Positions 1 to 9,060 of a DNA stretch of 64,000 nt are shown piece by piece. Location of the stretch: positions 23,700 to 87,699 of the forward strand of contig JAIPGC010000001.1 in NCBI GenBank assembly GCA_021736335.1. Direction: 5' to 3'. Each line of letters begins with the position of its first letter. Within the stretch, counting starts at the first letter, position 1. Made by a program: the position numbers and the translations under genes. A model generated the notes under the pieces. That model worked only from the letters and a program-made list of their open reading frames with translations, searched no databases and was not told the origin of the DNA. The DNA comes from Acholeplasmataceae bacterium. Its GTDB lineage: Bacteria > Bacillota_I > Bacilli_A > Acholeplasmatales > Acholeplasmataceae.

Positions 1-1
1 T

Positions 2-790
2 ACTGGTAGTGCAGTTGGTATGGCAATTAATGGACTCATTCCAGTTGCTGAAATCCAATTTGATGGATTTGTGTTTCCAGGATATACAGAAATCGTAACC
101 CATATGGCAAGATATAGAAATCGTACAAGAGGTGGCTATTCACTACCTTTAGTCGTTAGATTTCCAGTCGGTGGTGGGATTAGAGCTTTAGAGCATCACT
201 CAGAGAGTATTGAGACTTTATTAGGACACATTCCTGGATTAAAGGTAGTTATACCTTCAACACCTTATGATGCTAAAGGATTATTGATTTCAGCAATAGA
301 AGATCCAGATCCCGTAATCTTCATGGAACCTAAAAGAATTTATCGTTCAGGTAAACAAGAAGTACCTGAAGAAATGTATAGAATTCCAATTGGAAAAGCT
401 AAGGTTGTCAAAGAAGGTACTGATGTTACTGTAGTAGCTTGGGGAGCTTTCGTCCGTGAAGTAGAAAAAGCAATTAAACTTATCGAAGATGAAAACATCA
501 GTGTTGAGTTAATTGATCTAAGAACAATTAATCCAATCGATGAAGAAACAATTATTAATTCTGTTAAGAAAACAGGAAGATTTATTGTTGTTCAAGAAGC
601 AGTTAAGACCTACGGTCCTGGTGCTGAATTGATTTCTATCGTCAATGAAAAAGCATTTCTGTATTTAGAAGCTGCACCAGCGAGAGTCACTGGGTTTGAT
701 ATCACAGTGCCACTTGCAAAAGGTGAGCATTATCACTTTATACAACCAGAAAGAATAGCAGCTGAGATTAAAAAAGTTGCTAAGTTTTAA
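2..790 (+). CDS. pdhB: Pyruvate dehydrogenase E1 beta subunit (5' end truncated by the window edge)
   Basis: Frame is open from position 2 (TGSAVGMAING). Transketolase-like PYR and C-terminal motifs EIQFDGF, LEHHSES, DPDPVIFMEPK, ELIDLRTINP. Followed by E2 and E3 genes. Confidence 0.93.
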   Translation, partial: TGSAVGMAINGLIPVAEIQFDGFVFPGYTEIVTHMARYRNRTRGGYSLPLVVRFPVGGGIRALEHHSESIETLLGHIPGLKVVIPSTPYDAKGLLISAIEDPDPVIFMEPKRIYRSGKQEVPEEMYRIPIGKAKVVKEGTDVTVVAWGAFVREVEKAIKLIEDENISVELIDLRTINPIDEETIINSVKKTGRFIVVQEAVKTYGPGAELISIVNEKAFLYLEAAPARVTGFDITVPLAKGEHYHFIQPERIAAEIKKVAKF

Positions 791-804
791 AGGGAGGTTA
801 TATT

Positions 805-2076
805 ATGTATGATTTTAAATTTGCTGATATCGGTGAAGGTATTCACGAAGGAAAAATTTTAAAATGGTTTTTTAAGGTTGGCGACAAAGTCAAAGAAGGT
901 GAAACACTTGTCATTGTTGAAACAGACAAGGTTAACGCTGAACTACCATCACCAGTTGATGGGGTTATTGAAAAACTTGGAGCTCAAGTTGGAGATACAA
1001 TTGAAGTCGGACAAACGATTGTCTTAATTAATGACGGAAGTAAGACTGAAGTAGTTGAAGACAAAAAAGAGACTGTTGAAACAAAGAAAGAATCTCTTTC
1101 TGAAGAAAAAGCAGCTGGTGTTATCGGTGAAATTGAAGTGTCATCTGAAGTCATGGCATCAAGCAATGAAACTTCAGGTTCAAAACAAACAACAGAAAAT
1201 AAGGCATTAGCGACACCTGTAGCAAGACAGCTTGCTAAAGAATTAGGAGTTGACATCAAACAAGTCAACGGATCAGGTGAATTTGGTAGAGTTCTAAAAG
1301 AAGATATCTATAAAGCATCTGAAACTAAAAAGACACCGCAAACGCTAACGATACCAAAGGTATCGGTATCAGCTCAAGGTGAAGTTGAATATGTTCCTAT
1401 TTCTAATTTAAGAAAAGCAGTTGTTAGAAGTATGACTTTATCTAAGCAAGTCATTCCTCATACAGTTTTAATGGATGAAGTGATTGTTGATCAATTGGTC
1501 GAACTTAGAAACAAAGTTAAAGTACAGGCTGCAGCTCAAGACATTAAGATTACCTATATGGCATTTGTCATGAAGGCTGTTATTTTAGCATTAAAGAAAT
1601 TTCCACATTTTAATGCAAGTTTTGATCAAGAAAACGAACGCATGATCTATAAGAAATATATCAATTTAGGTATGGCAGTTGATACACCTGTTGGTTTAGT
1701 AGTTCCTAATATTAAAGACGCTGACAAAAAGAGCATTCTAGAACTTGCTAAAGAATTAAGAGAAGTTGCTGATAAGACAATTAACCGCACGGTCCAACTC
1801 TCACAACTACAAAACACAACATTTACTATTACTAATTTTGGTGCTGCTGATGTCGCATATGGAACTCCAATCATCAATCATCCTGAAGTAGGTATCTTAG
1901 GTATTGGTAAGATTTCACAAAAGCCAGTTGTAGTCAATGGTGAAATCAAGGTTGCATATGTTATGCCATTATCTCTTGCTGTAGACCATAGAGTCATCGA
2001 CGGCGCAGATGCTGGAAGATTTTTATCTCAAATTAAGTCTTTATTAAATGACCCAATGATGTTACTATTAAGTTGA
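805..2076 (+). CDS. pdhC: Dihydrolipoamide acetyltransferase (PDH E2)
   Basis: Lipoyl domain (ETDKV), E3-binding domain (ATPVARQLAKELGVDI), catalytic DHRVIDG; RBS GGGAGG. Confidence 0.95.
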   Translation: MYDFKFADIGEGIHEGKILKWFFKVGDKVKEGETLVIVETDKVNAELPSPVDGVIEKLGAQVGDTIEVGQTIVLINDGSKTEVVEDKKETVETKKESLSEEKAAGVIGEIEVSSEVMASSNETSGSKQTTENKALATPVARQLAKELGVDIKQVNGSGEFGRVLKEDIYKASETKKTPQTLTIPKVSVSAQGEVEYVPISNLRKAVVRSMTLSKQVIPHTVLMDEVIVDQLVELRNKVKVQAAAQDIKITYMAFVMKAVILALKKFPHFNASFDQENERMIYKKYINLGMAVDTPVGLVVPNIKDADKKSILELAKELREVADKTINRTVQLSQLQNTTFTITNFGAADVAYGTPIINHPEVGILGIGKISQKPVVVNGEIKVAYVMPLSLAVDHRVIDGADAGRFLSQIKSLLNDPMMLLLS

Positions 2077-2087
2077 GGTGATGATAA

Positions 2088-3458
2088 TTGAAAGCATATG
2101 ATGTCATCGTATTAGGTGGAGGACCTGGTGGATATGTATCTGCCATAAAGGCAGCACAACTAGGAGCTAAGGTCGCTCTCATAGAAAAGGAAGTCGTTGG
2201 AGGCATCTGTTTAAATCACGGATGTATTCCCACGAAAACATTACTTAAGAATGCTAAAGTCTACAAGACTGTTTTACATGCACTTGATTATGGTGTTGTT
2301 GTTGATGGTAACATTTCTTTTGACTGGAGTTTGATGTTAAAAAGAAAGAACATTGTTGTTAAGAAATTGACAATGGGTGTTGCTGGTCTTCTTAAGAAGA
2401 ATGGTGTTGAAACTTTTATAGGACTTGGTAAGGTTTTAAGTGCAAATCAAGTCGAGGTCAACGGAGAAGTTTTGGAAACTAAAAATCTAGTCTTAGCGAC
2501 TGGAGCAAGCCCAATCATCCCTCCTATTCCTGGATTAAAAGAAGCATATGAAAATAAGATTGCTGTAACAAGTAGAGAACTACTACAAATCGAAAATGCA
2601 CCAAAATCACTCGTGATTATTGGTGGTGGTGTTATCGGAGTTGAATTTGCTACGATTTTCTCATCATTAGGATCAAAGGTAACAATCATTGAAAAGCTAG
2701 ATGGCATATTACCAATGATGGATGATGATGTGAGAAGTGCCTATGCCAAAATTCTTAAAAGAGAAGGCATTGAAATATATGCTGATTCTGAGGTTAAGCT
2801 TGTTAAGGGTAACGAAGTGACCTATGTCAATCAAGGCAATGAGACAAAAGTTATTGGTGATACGATTTTAGTTTCTGTTGGCATGCGTCCAAATACAAAC
2901 GGTTTAGAAGCTTTGAAACTGAAGATGGACCGAAATGCTATTGAAACAAATGAATTCATGCAAACAAATGTTCCTAACGTCTACGCCATTGGCGATGTCA
3001 ATGGGAAATACATGCTTGCTCATGTTGCATCAGCTGAAGGATTAGTTGCTGCACAACACATTATGAAACAAAAAGCATCCATGAGATATGATCGTGTACC
3101 TAATGCGGTTTATGGATCTCCTGAAATAGCAACCGTAGGACTTACTGAAAAAGAAGTTAAAGCTAAAGGCTTAGTGTATAAAGTGTCTACCTTCCCACTG
3201 TTAGCAAGTGGGAAAGCGATGGCAGACAATGAAAAAGATGGATTTGTCAAATTGATTGTGAGTGAAAAATATAAGGAAATCCTTGGTGCTCACATCTTGT
3301 CATATCATGCATCAGATTTAATCGCTGAACTTGGTGTAACGATGGAATTAGAAGGTACTGCACATGAAATTGCACATACCATTCATCCACATCCAACACT
3401 ATCTGAAATCATCTTAGAAGCTGCGCATGGTGCAGTAGATCTACCGATTCACATTTAA
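2088..3458 (+). CDS. pdhD: Dihydrolipoamide dehydrogenase (E3)
   Basis: GGGPGG FAD motif, CLNHGC redox disulfide, GGGVIG NAD motif, HPHPTLSE; TTG start after GAGGTG. Confidence 0.96.
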   Translation: MKAYDVIVLGGGPGGYVSAIKAAQLGAKVALIEKEVVGGICLNHGCIPTKTLLKNAKVYKTVLHALDYGVVVDGNISFDWSLMLKRKNIVVKKLTMGVAGLLKKNGVETFIGLGKVLSANQVEVNGEVLETKNLVLATGASPIIPPIPGLKEAYENKIAVTSRELLQIENAPKSLVIIGGGVIGVEFATIFSSLGSKVTIIEKLDGILPMMDDDVRSAYAKILKREGIEIYADSEVKLVKGNEVTYVNQGNETKVIGDTILVSVGMRPNTNGLEALKLKMDRNAIETNEFMQTNVPNVYAIGDVNGKYMLAHVASAEGLVAAQHIMKQKASMRYDRVPNAVYGSPEIATVGLTEKEVKAKGLVYKVSTFPLLASGKAMADNEKDGFVKLIVSEKYKEILGAHILSYHASDLIAELGVTMELEGTAHEIAHTIHPHPTLSEIILEAAHGAVDLPIHI

Positions 3459-3466
3459 CATTTACT

Positions 3467-3495
3467 AGGACTGCTTGAAAGCGGTCCTTTTTTTT
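3467..3495 (+). terminator. Rho-independent terminator of the pdh operon
   Basis: AGGACTGC-TTGAAA-GCGGTCCT hairpin followed by a T-tract. Confidence 0.85.
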
Positions 3496-3521
3496 CTCTC
3501 TTATCAGCATATAGATGCTTA

Positions 3522-3579
3522 TGTAAGCGTTGACATCATCAGATATATTATGATATAATATTTATTGTAAACGGTGTCC
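3522..3579 (+). promoter_or_regulatory. SigA promoter of the pectin operon with two cre/LacI-type operators
   Basis: TTGACA (3530-3535), 18-bp spacer, TGn-TATAAT (3554-3559). Operator-like TGTAAGCGTTGACA (3522-3535) overlaps the -35; TGTAAACGGTGTCC (3566-3579) lies near the start site. Confidence 0.75.
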
Positions 3580-3606
3580 GTATATATAGACGATATGAGG
3601 AAATAA

Positions 3607-5049
3607 ATGAAACACTTGATCTTACTCATCTTTATCATACTAACCATAACTATGATGTCAGGTTGTGAGGTAAAAGAAACTGAAGAGCCAATCATAGAAG
3701 ATCCAATTGATATCATTCCAAAAGAGAATCCTGTTAAGTATGACTTGATAGAAAGCTCATTTGGATTTTCAGCATTAACTATCACAGATCGTAGTTTAAT
3801 TACTGAAAACTATGATATTGTTAATAATGAAATTGAGTTCTTGGATGCATTAATGGATACAGAGACTAAGATTATTGAAATCACTCATGACTTGAACTTA
3901 GGATCAATTGAAGTTTCAAATATGCTAACTGCTCAATCTAAGAATTTAAGTATGTATTCCAATGTCTTCAGACCCGATTCAAAACAACCCTTAACTCATC
4001 CAACACTCATTGATTCTGGAATAGGATTAATTCGAATCATCGGAAGAAATAATCTCACTATTTTCTCTAAAACAGGTATCACAATTAAGCATGCTTCGTT
4101 TAATATTGATGATTCATCTGATATCATTATTAGAAATCTACACTTTAGTGAGCTTTGGGAATGGGATGAACTCAATTTAGGCACATATAAACGTAACGAC
4201 TGGGATTATTTTGAAGTAGAAAAGTCAAATGGTATCTGGTTTGATCATCTAACATTCGATCAAGCATACGATGGTATCATCGATGTTAAAGAGTATTCCA
4301 GTAATCTTACTTTGTCTTGGTCAAAACTCAATTTTGTTCCAAATGCTTTTATTGAAGATCAGATTAGTTATCTAGAGATGAATCAATCACTATACCCATT
4401 TTATAAAAGTTTAAGAGATGCTGATATAAGTACTGAAGACATTGTAAAACTTGGAAGTTATCAGAAAAAAGGATTTAATCTAGGAAACACAACCGATGGC
4501 ATAGGTTTCGAATCTATAACAATGACATTCCATCATCTTGAAGTATTTAATCTGATGGACAGAATGCCAAGAATTAGAAAAGGTGACGCCCATGTTTACC
4601 AAATCATAGTTGATAATGAAGACTTATATCAATTACGATTAAACATCTCTCATCCTAGCATCAGTATGGTTAATCAAGGCATTATCACCACTGAGCAAGG
4701 TGCTGTCTTAATGGAAAATAGTGTTTATAAGTATGTATCCACACCAATAAAAAATCATCAAGATGATGATCCAGATGTGAAATACACAGGTAAATACGAA
4801 GTGATTAATAGCGAATGGATCATGCCTAACAGAACATTCTTCGGATCTTCATCTGATGCTCATACATTATGGGTTCATAGTGGACCTGATTCAGTAATTC
4901 CTTTTGAGCTTAGAAACCATCCAACAATTCCTTATTTTTATGAACTTGAAGATCTTTACTATTTACCTGAAACATTTACGAAGTATCCAACAGGTAGTCA
5001 AAAGATTGATGATTTTAATTGGTTATATATCAATACAAACCCTAATTAA
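3607..5049 (+). CDS. Pectate lyase family PL1 lipoprotein
   Basis: Lipobox (MSGC); PL1 hallmarks IIIRNL, IWFDH (vWiDH), YDGIID and DRMPRIRKG. Confidence 0.85.
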   Translation: MKHLILLIFIILTITMMSGCEVKETEEPIIEDPIDIIPKENPVKYDLIESSFGFSALTITDRSLITENYDIVNNEIEFLDALMDTETKIIEITHDLNLGSIEVSNMLTAQSKNLSMYSNVFRPDSKQPLTHPTLIDSGIGLIRIIGRNNLTIFSKTGITIKHASFNIDDSSDIIIRNLHFSELWEWDELNLGTYKRNDWDYFEVEKSNGIWFDHLTFDQAYDGIIDVKEYSSNLTLSWSKLNFVPNAFIEDQISYLEMNQSLYPFYKSLRDADISTEDIVKLGSYQKKGFNLGNTTDGIGFESITMTFHHLEVFNLMDRMPRIRKGDAHVYQIIVDNEDLYQLRLNISHPSISMVNQGIITTEQGAVLMENSVYKYVSTPIKNHQDDDPDVKYTGKYEVINSEWIMPNRTFFGSSSDAHTLWVHSGPDSVIPFELRNHPTIPYFYELEDLYYLPETFTKYPTGSQKIDDFNWLYINTNPN

Positions 5050-5059
5050 GGAGCAAATT

Positions 5060-6376
5060 ATGAAAAAGATATTAATGATTTTGACATTGATTATTACAGT
5101 TTTAGTTATATCATCTTGTGGAAAGGAAACAGATGATTCTGTCATTTCTTTCGCATGGTGGGGAACATCAGATCGCAATATTGCCACCTATGCGGCAATT
5201 GATCTATTTGAACAAAAATATCCACAATATAAAGTAGAAGGTGAGCAATCTCCTTGGAGTGGATATCAACAAACACTTAATAATAGACTTAATCGTGGTA
5301 CTGAAGCTGATATCTTTCAGGTGAATTATAACTGGATTTATTCAATGTATGGTATCGATTATTTTATGGATATCAATGAGTTAGGCTTAGATTTATCGAA
5401 TTATCCTGCAAATGAACATGAACCACTCACAGTTAATGGTAAGGTTTTAGGGTTATCCGTTTCTGAAACTGGCTATATATTCTATTTAAATAAAAAAATT
5501 TACGAGGATGCTGGTGTGATGACCATCCCAAGAACTTGGGATGAATTGATGACAGCTGGAGAAGCTATCAGTGCATTTGCTCCTGGTCATTTTGCATTAG
5601 GAAGATTAGATGCTCAACAAATCGCTATGCTGATGTTTAGCTATCTTGCACAAACAACAGGAAAGAATGTCATCAACAATCAGAATCAATTTAATTTTAC
5701 ACAAGCAGAATTAGAAAGTGGATTTGCATTTATCAATGACTTAAGAAGTACTGGTGTTTTAATCCCATCTAATGCAATAGATACACATATCGATGGACCA
5801 ACCAATCCTAATTGGACTTCACAAAAATATGGTGGTGTCATGCAGTGGAACACGGCCATATCAGAATATCAAAACACATTACCTGATAGCCAAACCAATT
5901 TAGTGATGGCTGGGATGTTCCAACAAGAAGTTGGTGAACAACTTGGTATGTATAAAAAAGTTTCTATGGCTTATGCAGTAAGCAAACGTGCAGAAACATC
6001 TGAAGCCAAAAAAGAAGCAGTCAAGACTTTCTTAGAATTTATGACAACAGATCCTGAAGCTGTTGCTATTTTAGGTGTTGATCGAGGCGTATCTAATAAT
6101 ACAATCACTCAAAACATATTGAAAGACGTTACAACCACAAATTATCAAGCATCACTAGAGTGGCAAGGACATGATATTGTTCAATCATATTTTAATCATC
6201 AGTTGACTTTGAGTCAAAATCTATATATACACCCTTATTATGAACATGCTACATTTAGAGCAATCTATGAATCTCCAATTGAAAGCTTTTTATTAGGGAA
6301 TGTTACAGCAAGAGTTGCTGCACAAAATATTATTTCAAGATTTAATACAGAACTCGAAAGAGTGATGGAAGGATAA
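5060..6376 (+). CDS. Oligogalacturonide ABC transporter solute-binding lipoprotein (TogB-like)
   Basis: ATG at 5060 after AAGGAG (the track start at 4904 overlaps the upstream gene). Lipobox SSC, SFAWWG, family-1 sugar-binding pattern; context of pectate lyases. Confidence 0.85.
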   Translation: MKKILMILTLIITVLVISSCGKETDDSVISFAWWGTSDRNIATYAAIDLFEQKYPQYKVEGEQSPWSGYQQTLNNRLNRGTEADIFQVNYNWIYSMYGIDYFMDINELGLDLSNYPANEHEPLTVNGKVLGLSVSETGYIFYLNKKIYEDAGVMTIPRTWDELMTAGEAISAFAPGHFALGRLDAQQIAMLMFSYLAQTTGKNVINNQNQFNFTQAELESGFAFINDLRSTGVLIPSNAIDTHIDGPTNPNWTSQKYGGVMQWNTAISEYQNTLPDSQTNLVMAGMFQQEVGEQLGMYKKVSMAYAVSKRAETSEAKKEAVKTFLEFMTTDPEAVAILGVDRGVSNNTITQNILKDVTTTNYQASLEWQGHDIVQSYFNHQLTLSQNLYIHPYYEHATFRAIYESPIESFLLGNVTARVAAQNIISRFNTELERVMEG

Positions 6377-6379
6377 ACT

Positions 6380-7261
6380 ATGGTTGGTGAGAAGAAATGG
6401 GTCCCCTATGCATTGCTCATGCCTTGGATCATAGGGTTCTTGGTTTTTAAACTTTATCCATTTATTAACTCATTTGTCATGAGCCTTTTTCAAACTGCTG
6501 GTAGACGATCTACTTTTGTTGGTCTTGATAATTACAAATTATTATTTGATTCAGAGACTTATATCGGAGAAATGTTTCAAAATTCTCTCAAGGTCAGTTT
6601 CACTTATGTATTTGTTACTGTTCCATTAATCCTTATTGTTTCTTTACTTATAGCATATGTGTTATCTCAAAAGATAAAAGGTGTTGGATTCTTTAGAACA
6701 GGCTTCTATATGCCAACAGTCTTAGGAGCAAACATCGCTATTATCATTTTATGGAGACACATTTTTGAATATAATGGTTTAATCAATCAAGGACTTGGAT
6801 TATTAGGTGTAGAACCCATCAGTTGGTTGGGAACAGCTGCTGGAGCGATGTCTAGCATTGTTGCTCTGAGAGTTTGGCAATTTGGATCGACCATGCTCAT
6901 CTTCTTAAATGCGCTTAAAAATGTTCCTGAAACACTTTATGAAGCAGCTACCATTGATGGAGCAAGCAGAACTAAGCAATTTTTCTCAATTACAATTCCA
7001 ATGATCACTCCTATCATTTTGTTTAATGCTGTCATGAGACTTGTAGAAACCTTTCAGGTATTCAATGGACCAATGCTTATTACTAATGGTGGCCCATCAA
7101 ACTCAACTCGAGTGATTAATCTATTAATTTATGAAACCGCATTTGCTGGAGGAGATTTAAATTTAGGTAGTGCCATGTCATGGATCTTATTTTTGATCAT
7201 TATGATATTTACAATATTAATCTTTAGGAGCTCAAGATATTGGGTTCACTATCAGGACTGA
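6380..7261 (+). CDS. Carbohydrate ABC transporter permease (TogM-like)
   Basis: EAA motif LYEAATIDGAS; about six hydrophobic segments. Confidence 0.9.
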   Translation: MVGEKKWVPYALLMPWIIGFLVFKLYPFINSFVMSLFQTAGRRSTFVGLDNYKLLFDSETYIGEMFQNSLKVSFTYVFVTVPLILIVSLLIAYVLSQKIKGVGFFRTGFYMPTVLGANIAIIILWRHIFEYNGLINQGLGLLGVEPISWLGTAAGAMSSIVALRVWQFGSTMLIFLNALKNVPETLYEAATIDGASRTKQFFSITIPMITPIILFNAVMRLVETFQVFNGPMLITNGGPSNSTRVINLLIYETAFAGGDLNLGSAMSWILFLIIMIFTILIFRSSRYWVHYQD

Positions 7262-7262
7262 G

Positions 7263-8180
7263 GTGAACTATATGACAGATGCTCAATTAACGATTAGAAG
7301 ATCAAAACTAAAAAAGAATTTAAGACAATCACTTAAGTATGTCATTATCATTTCAGCAACTTTTGTTATGCTTTATCCATTGCTATGGATTGTAGGGGCT
7401 TCCTTTAATTTAGGAGCTAAAGAATCATTCTGGTTTTGGCCAGAAGCCTTCACCTTAATAGGTTGGAAAGATGCTTTTACTGCCCCTGGTTGGGGAAGTG
7501 TTGAAGGATACACACTATTTAGGGCTTTATGGAATACGATGCAATATGTACTTCCTCATGTGATATTTGGAACATTTACGACCTTACTGACTGCATATGT
7601 CATTACTAGAATGCGCTTTAAGGGAAAGAAAATTGTCTTTGCATTAATCATAGGAACACTTTTAATGCCAAATACTATATTTAGAATTCCAATGTATGCA
7701 TTTTGGACAAGTAGTGCAATAGCACCTATTTGGGAAGGTTCAACCGCACCATTTATGCCTTATTTTCCACTTTGGGCTGGATCAGTCTTTGCAGTGAACT
7801 CATTTTCCATCTTTATGTTCATTCAATTCTTTAGATCCATTCCAAGAGATTTGGATGAAGCAGCATATATGGATGGAGCAAATAAGTTCCAGGTTTTATT
7901 TCAAGTATTAATGCCTATTTTAAAACCAATCGTTATCACGGTTGCTCTCTTAATGTTTATAGCTCAATTTAATGATTACCAGGGACCATTGATTTATAAG
8001 GGTGCTGTATCAACATACCCATTAAGTTTGGTATTACCATCCTTAGGATTAGATTCAACAAATACTTATGCACACATATATGCAAGATCAATTGTCTCGG
8101 TTTCAGTTTTAATTCTCGTGTTCTTTGGAGCACAAAAATATTTTGTCGGTAATGATACCGATTCAGCAATCAAAGGATAG
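7263..8180 (+). CDS. Carbohydrate ABC transporter permease (TogN-like); start may be ATG at 7272
   Basis: EAA motif IPRDLDEAAYMDGA; hydrophobic segments. Confidence 0.9.
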   Translation: MNYMTDAQLTIRRSKLKKNLRQSLKYVIIISATFVMLYPLLWIVGASFNLGAKESFWFWPEAFTLIGWKDAFTAPGWGSVEGYTLFRALWNTMQYVLPHVIFGTFTTLLTAYVITRMRFKGKKIVFALIIGTLLMPNTIFRIPMYAFWTSSAIAPIWEGSTAPFMPYFPLWAGSVFAVNSFSIFMFIQFFRSIPRDLDEAAYMDGANKFQVLFQVLMPILKPIVITVALLMFIAQFNDYQGPLIYKGAVSTYPLSLVLPSLGLDSTNTYAHIYARSIVSVSVLILVFFGAQKYFVGNDTDSAIKG

Positions 8181-8192
8181 AAAGAGGTTGAT

Positions 8193-9059
8193 ATGATGAA
8201 AAAGAAATTTCTTATTTTAATAGCTTTGATGTCATTAATTCTTTTTGGATGTACAAATCAAGAGGATCCAGAAGATATCATCATTGAGGACTATATATGC
8301 AAAGATACGCCTTTAGCTGAAGGTTGTTATATACCTTCAGATGACTTAAATCATATTTCTCCAATTCCTTTAGAGTACACAATTGAAGAAGATTTTGAAA
8401 GTGACAGAGTGGGTCAAATGCCACAAAACTGGTTACTCTATAAGAATGAAGAGTATCAAATCAATGGCGTAATAGCTATGGTTGCTGAGGCTGAAGGAAA
8501 TCGCTATGTGAAGATGTATTCAGATGGTCTTAAAGCTCCAGCATATCCTCAATCAGCTCCCACACCTACTTTTATCTTTACTTCTAAATTCAATTTAGAT
8601 ATTGACAGAAAAGGGATTGCCTATGGTAGCGTGATGATACCTAGTGATGTGACATCAAATGTTATCAGTTTGGGTGTTGCAACAGGTGCGGTCAATACAA
8701 TATCAGTTGTCATTGATACTGATTTGAAAGTATCTGTTAAGGTTGGTGGACCATTTTTCTATTATTCTGGATCTGGTGATGGTGGGGACACCTATGTGAC
8801 AAGTCACACTTTACTTCATGATGAATGGTACAAATTTAAATTTGAATGGGATGCAGCAGCTAACTTGATTAAAGCATTTATTATTCTTAATGATATTGAA
8901 ACTGAATTATTTAGTGGGCAATTTCATATATCATCAAGATATAATGCAGAATCAACTGGTGCTATATTAGTTCCAAATGTCTTTAAAGTCACAATGCCTA
9001 GATATATGTCTGGATGGGCTTATCTTGATGATGTCATCATTGAAAGGAAGGGTGAATAA
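8193..9059 (+). CDS. Lipoprotein with probable ConA-like beta-sandwich (carbohydrate-binding?) domain
   Basis: Lipobox LFGC; EEDFES..G.MP.NW start, WYKFKFEWD and AYLDDVII end are typical of lectin-like beta-sandwiches. Confidence 0.55.
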   Translation: MMKKKFLILIALMSLILFGCTNQEDPEDIIIEDYICKDTPLAEGCYIPSDDLNHISPIPLEYTIEEDFESDRVGQMPQNWLLYKNEEYQINGVIAMVAEAEGNRYVKMYSDGLKAPAYPQSAPTPTFIFTSKFNLDIDRKGIAYGSVMIPSDVTSNVISLGVATGAVNTISVVIDTDLKVSVKVGGPFFYYSGSGDGGDTYVTSHTLLHDEWYKFKFEWDAAANLIKAFIILNDIETELFSGQFHISSRYNAESTGAILVPNVFKVTMPRYMSGWAYLDDVIIERKGE

Positions 9060-9060
9060 G

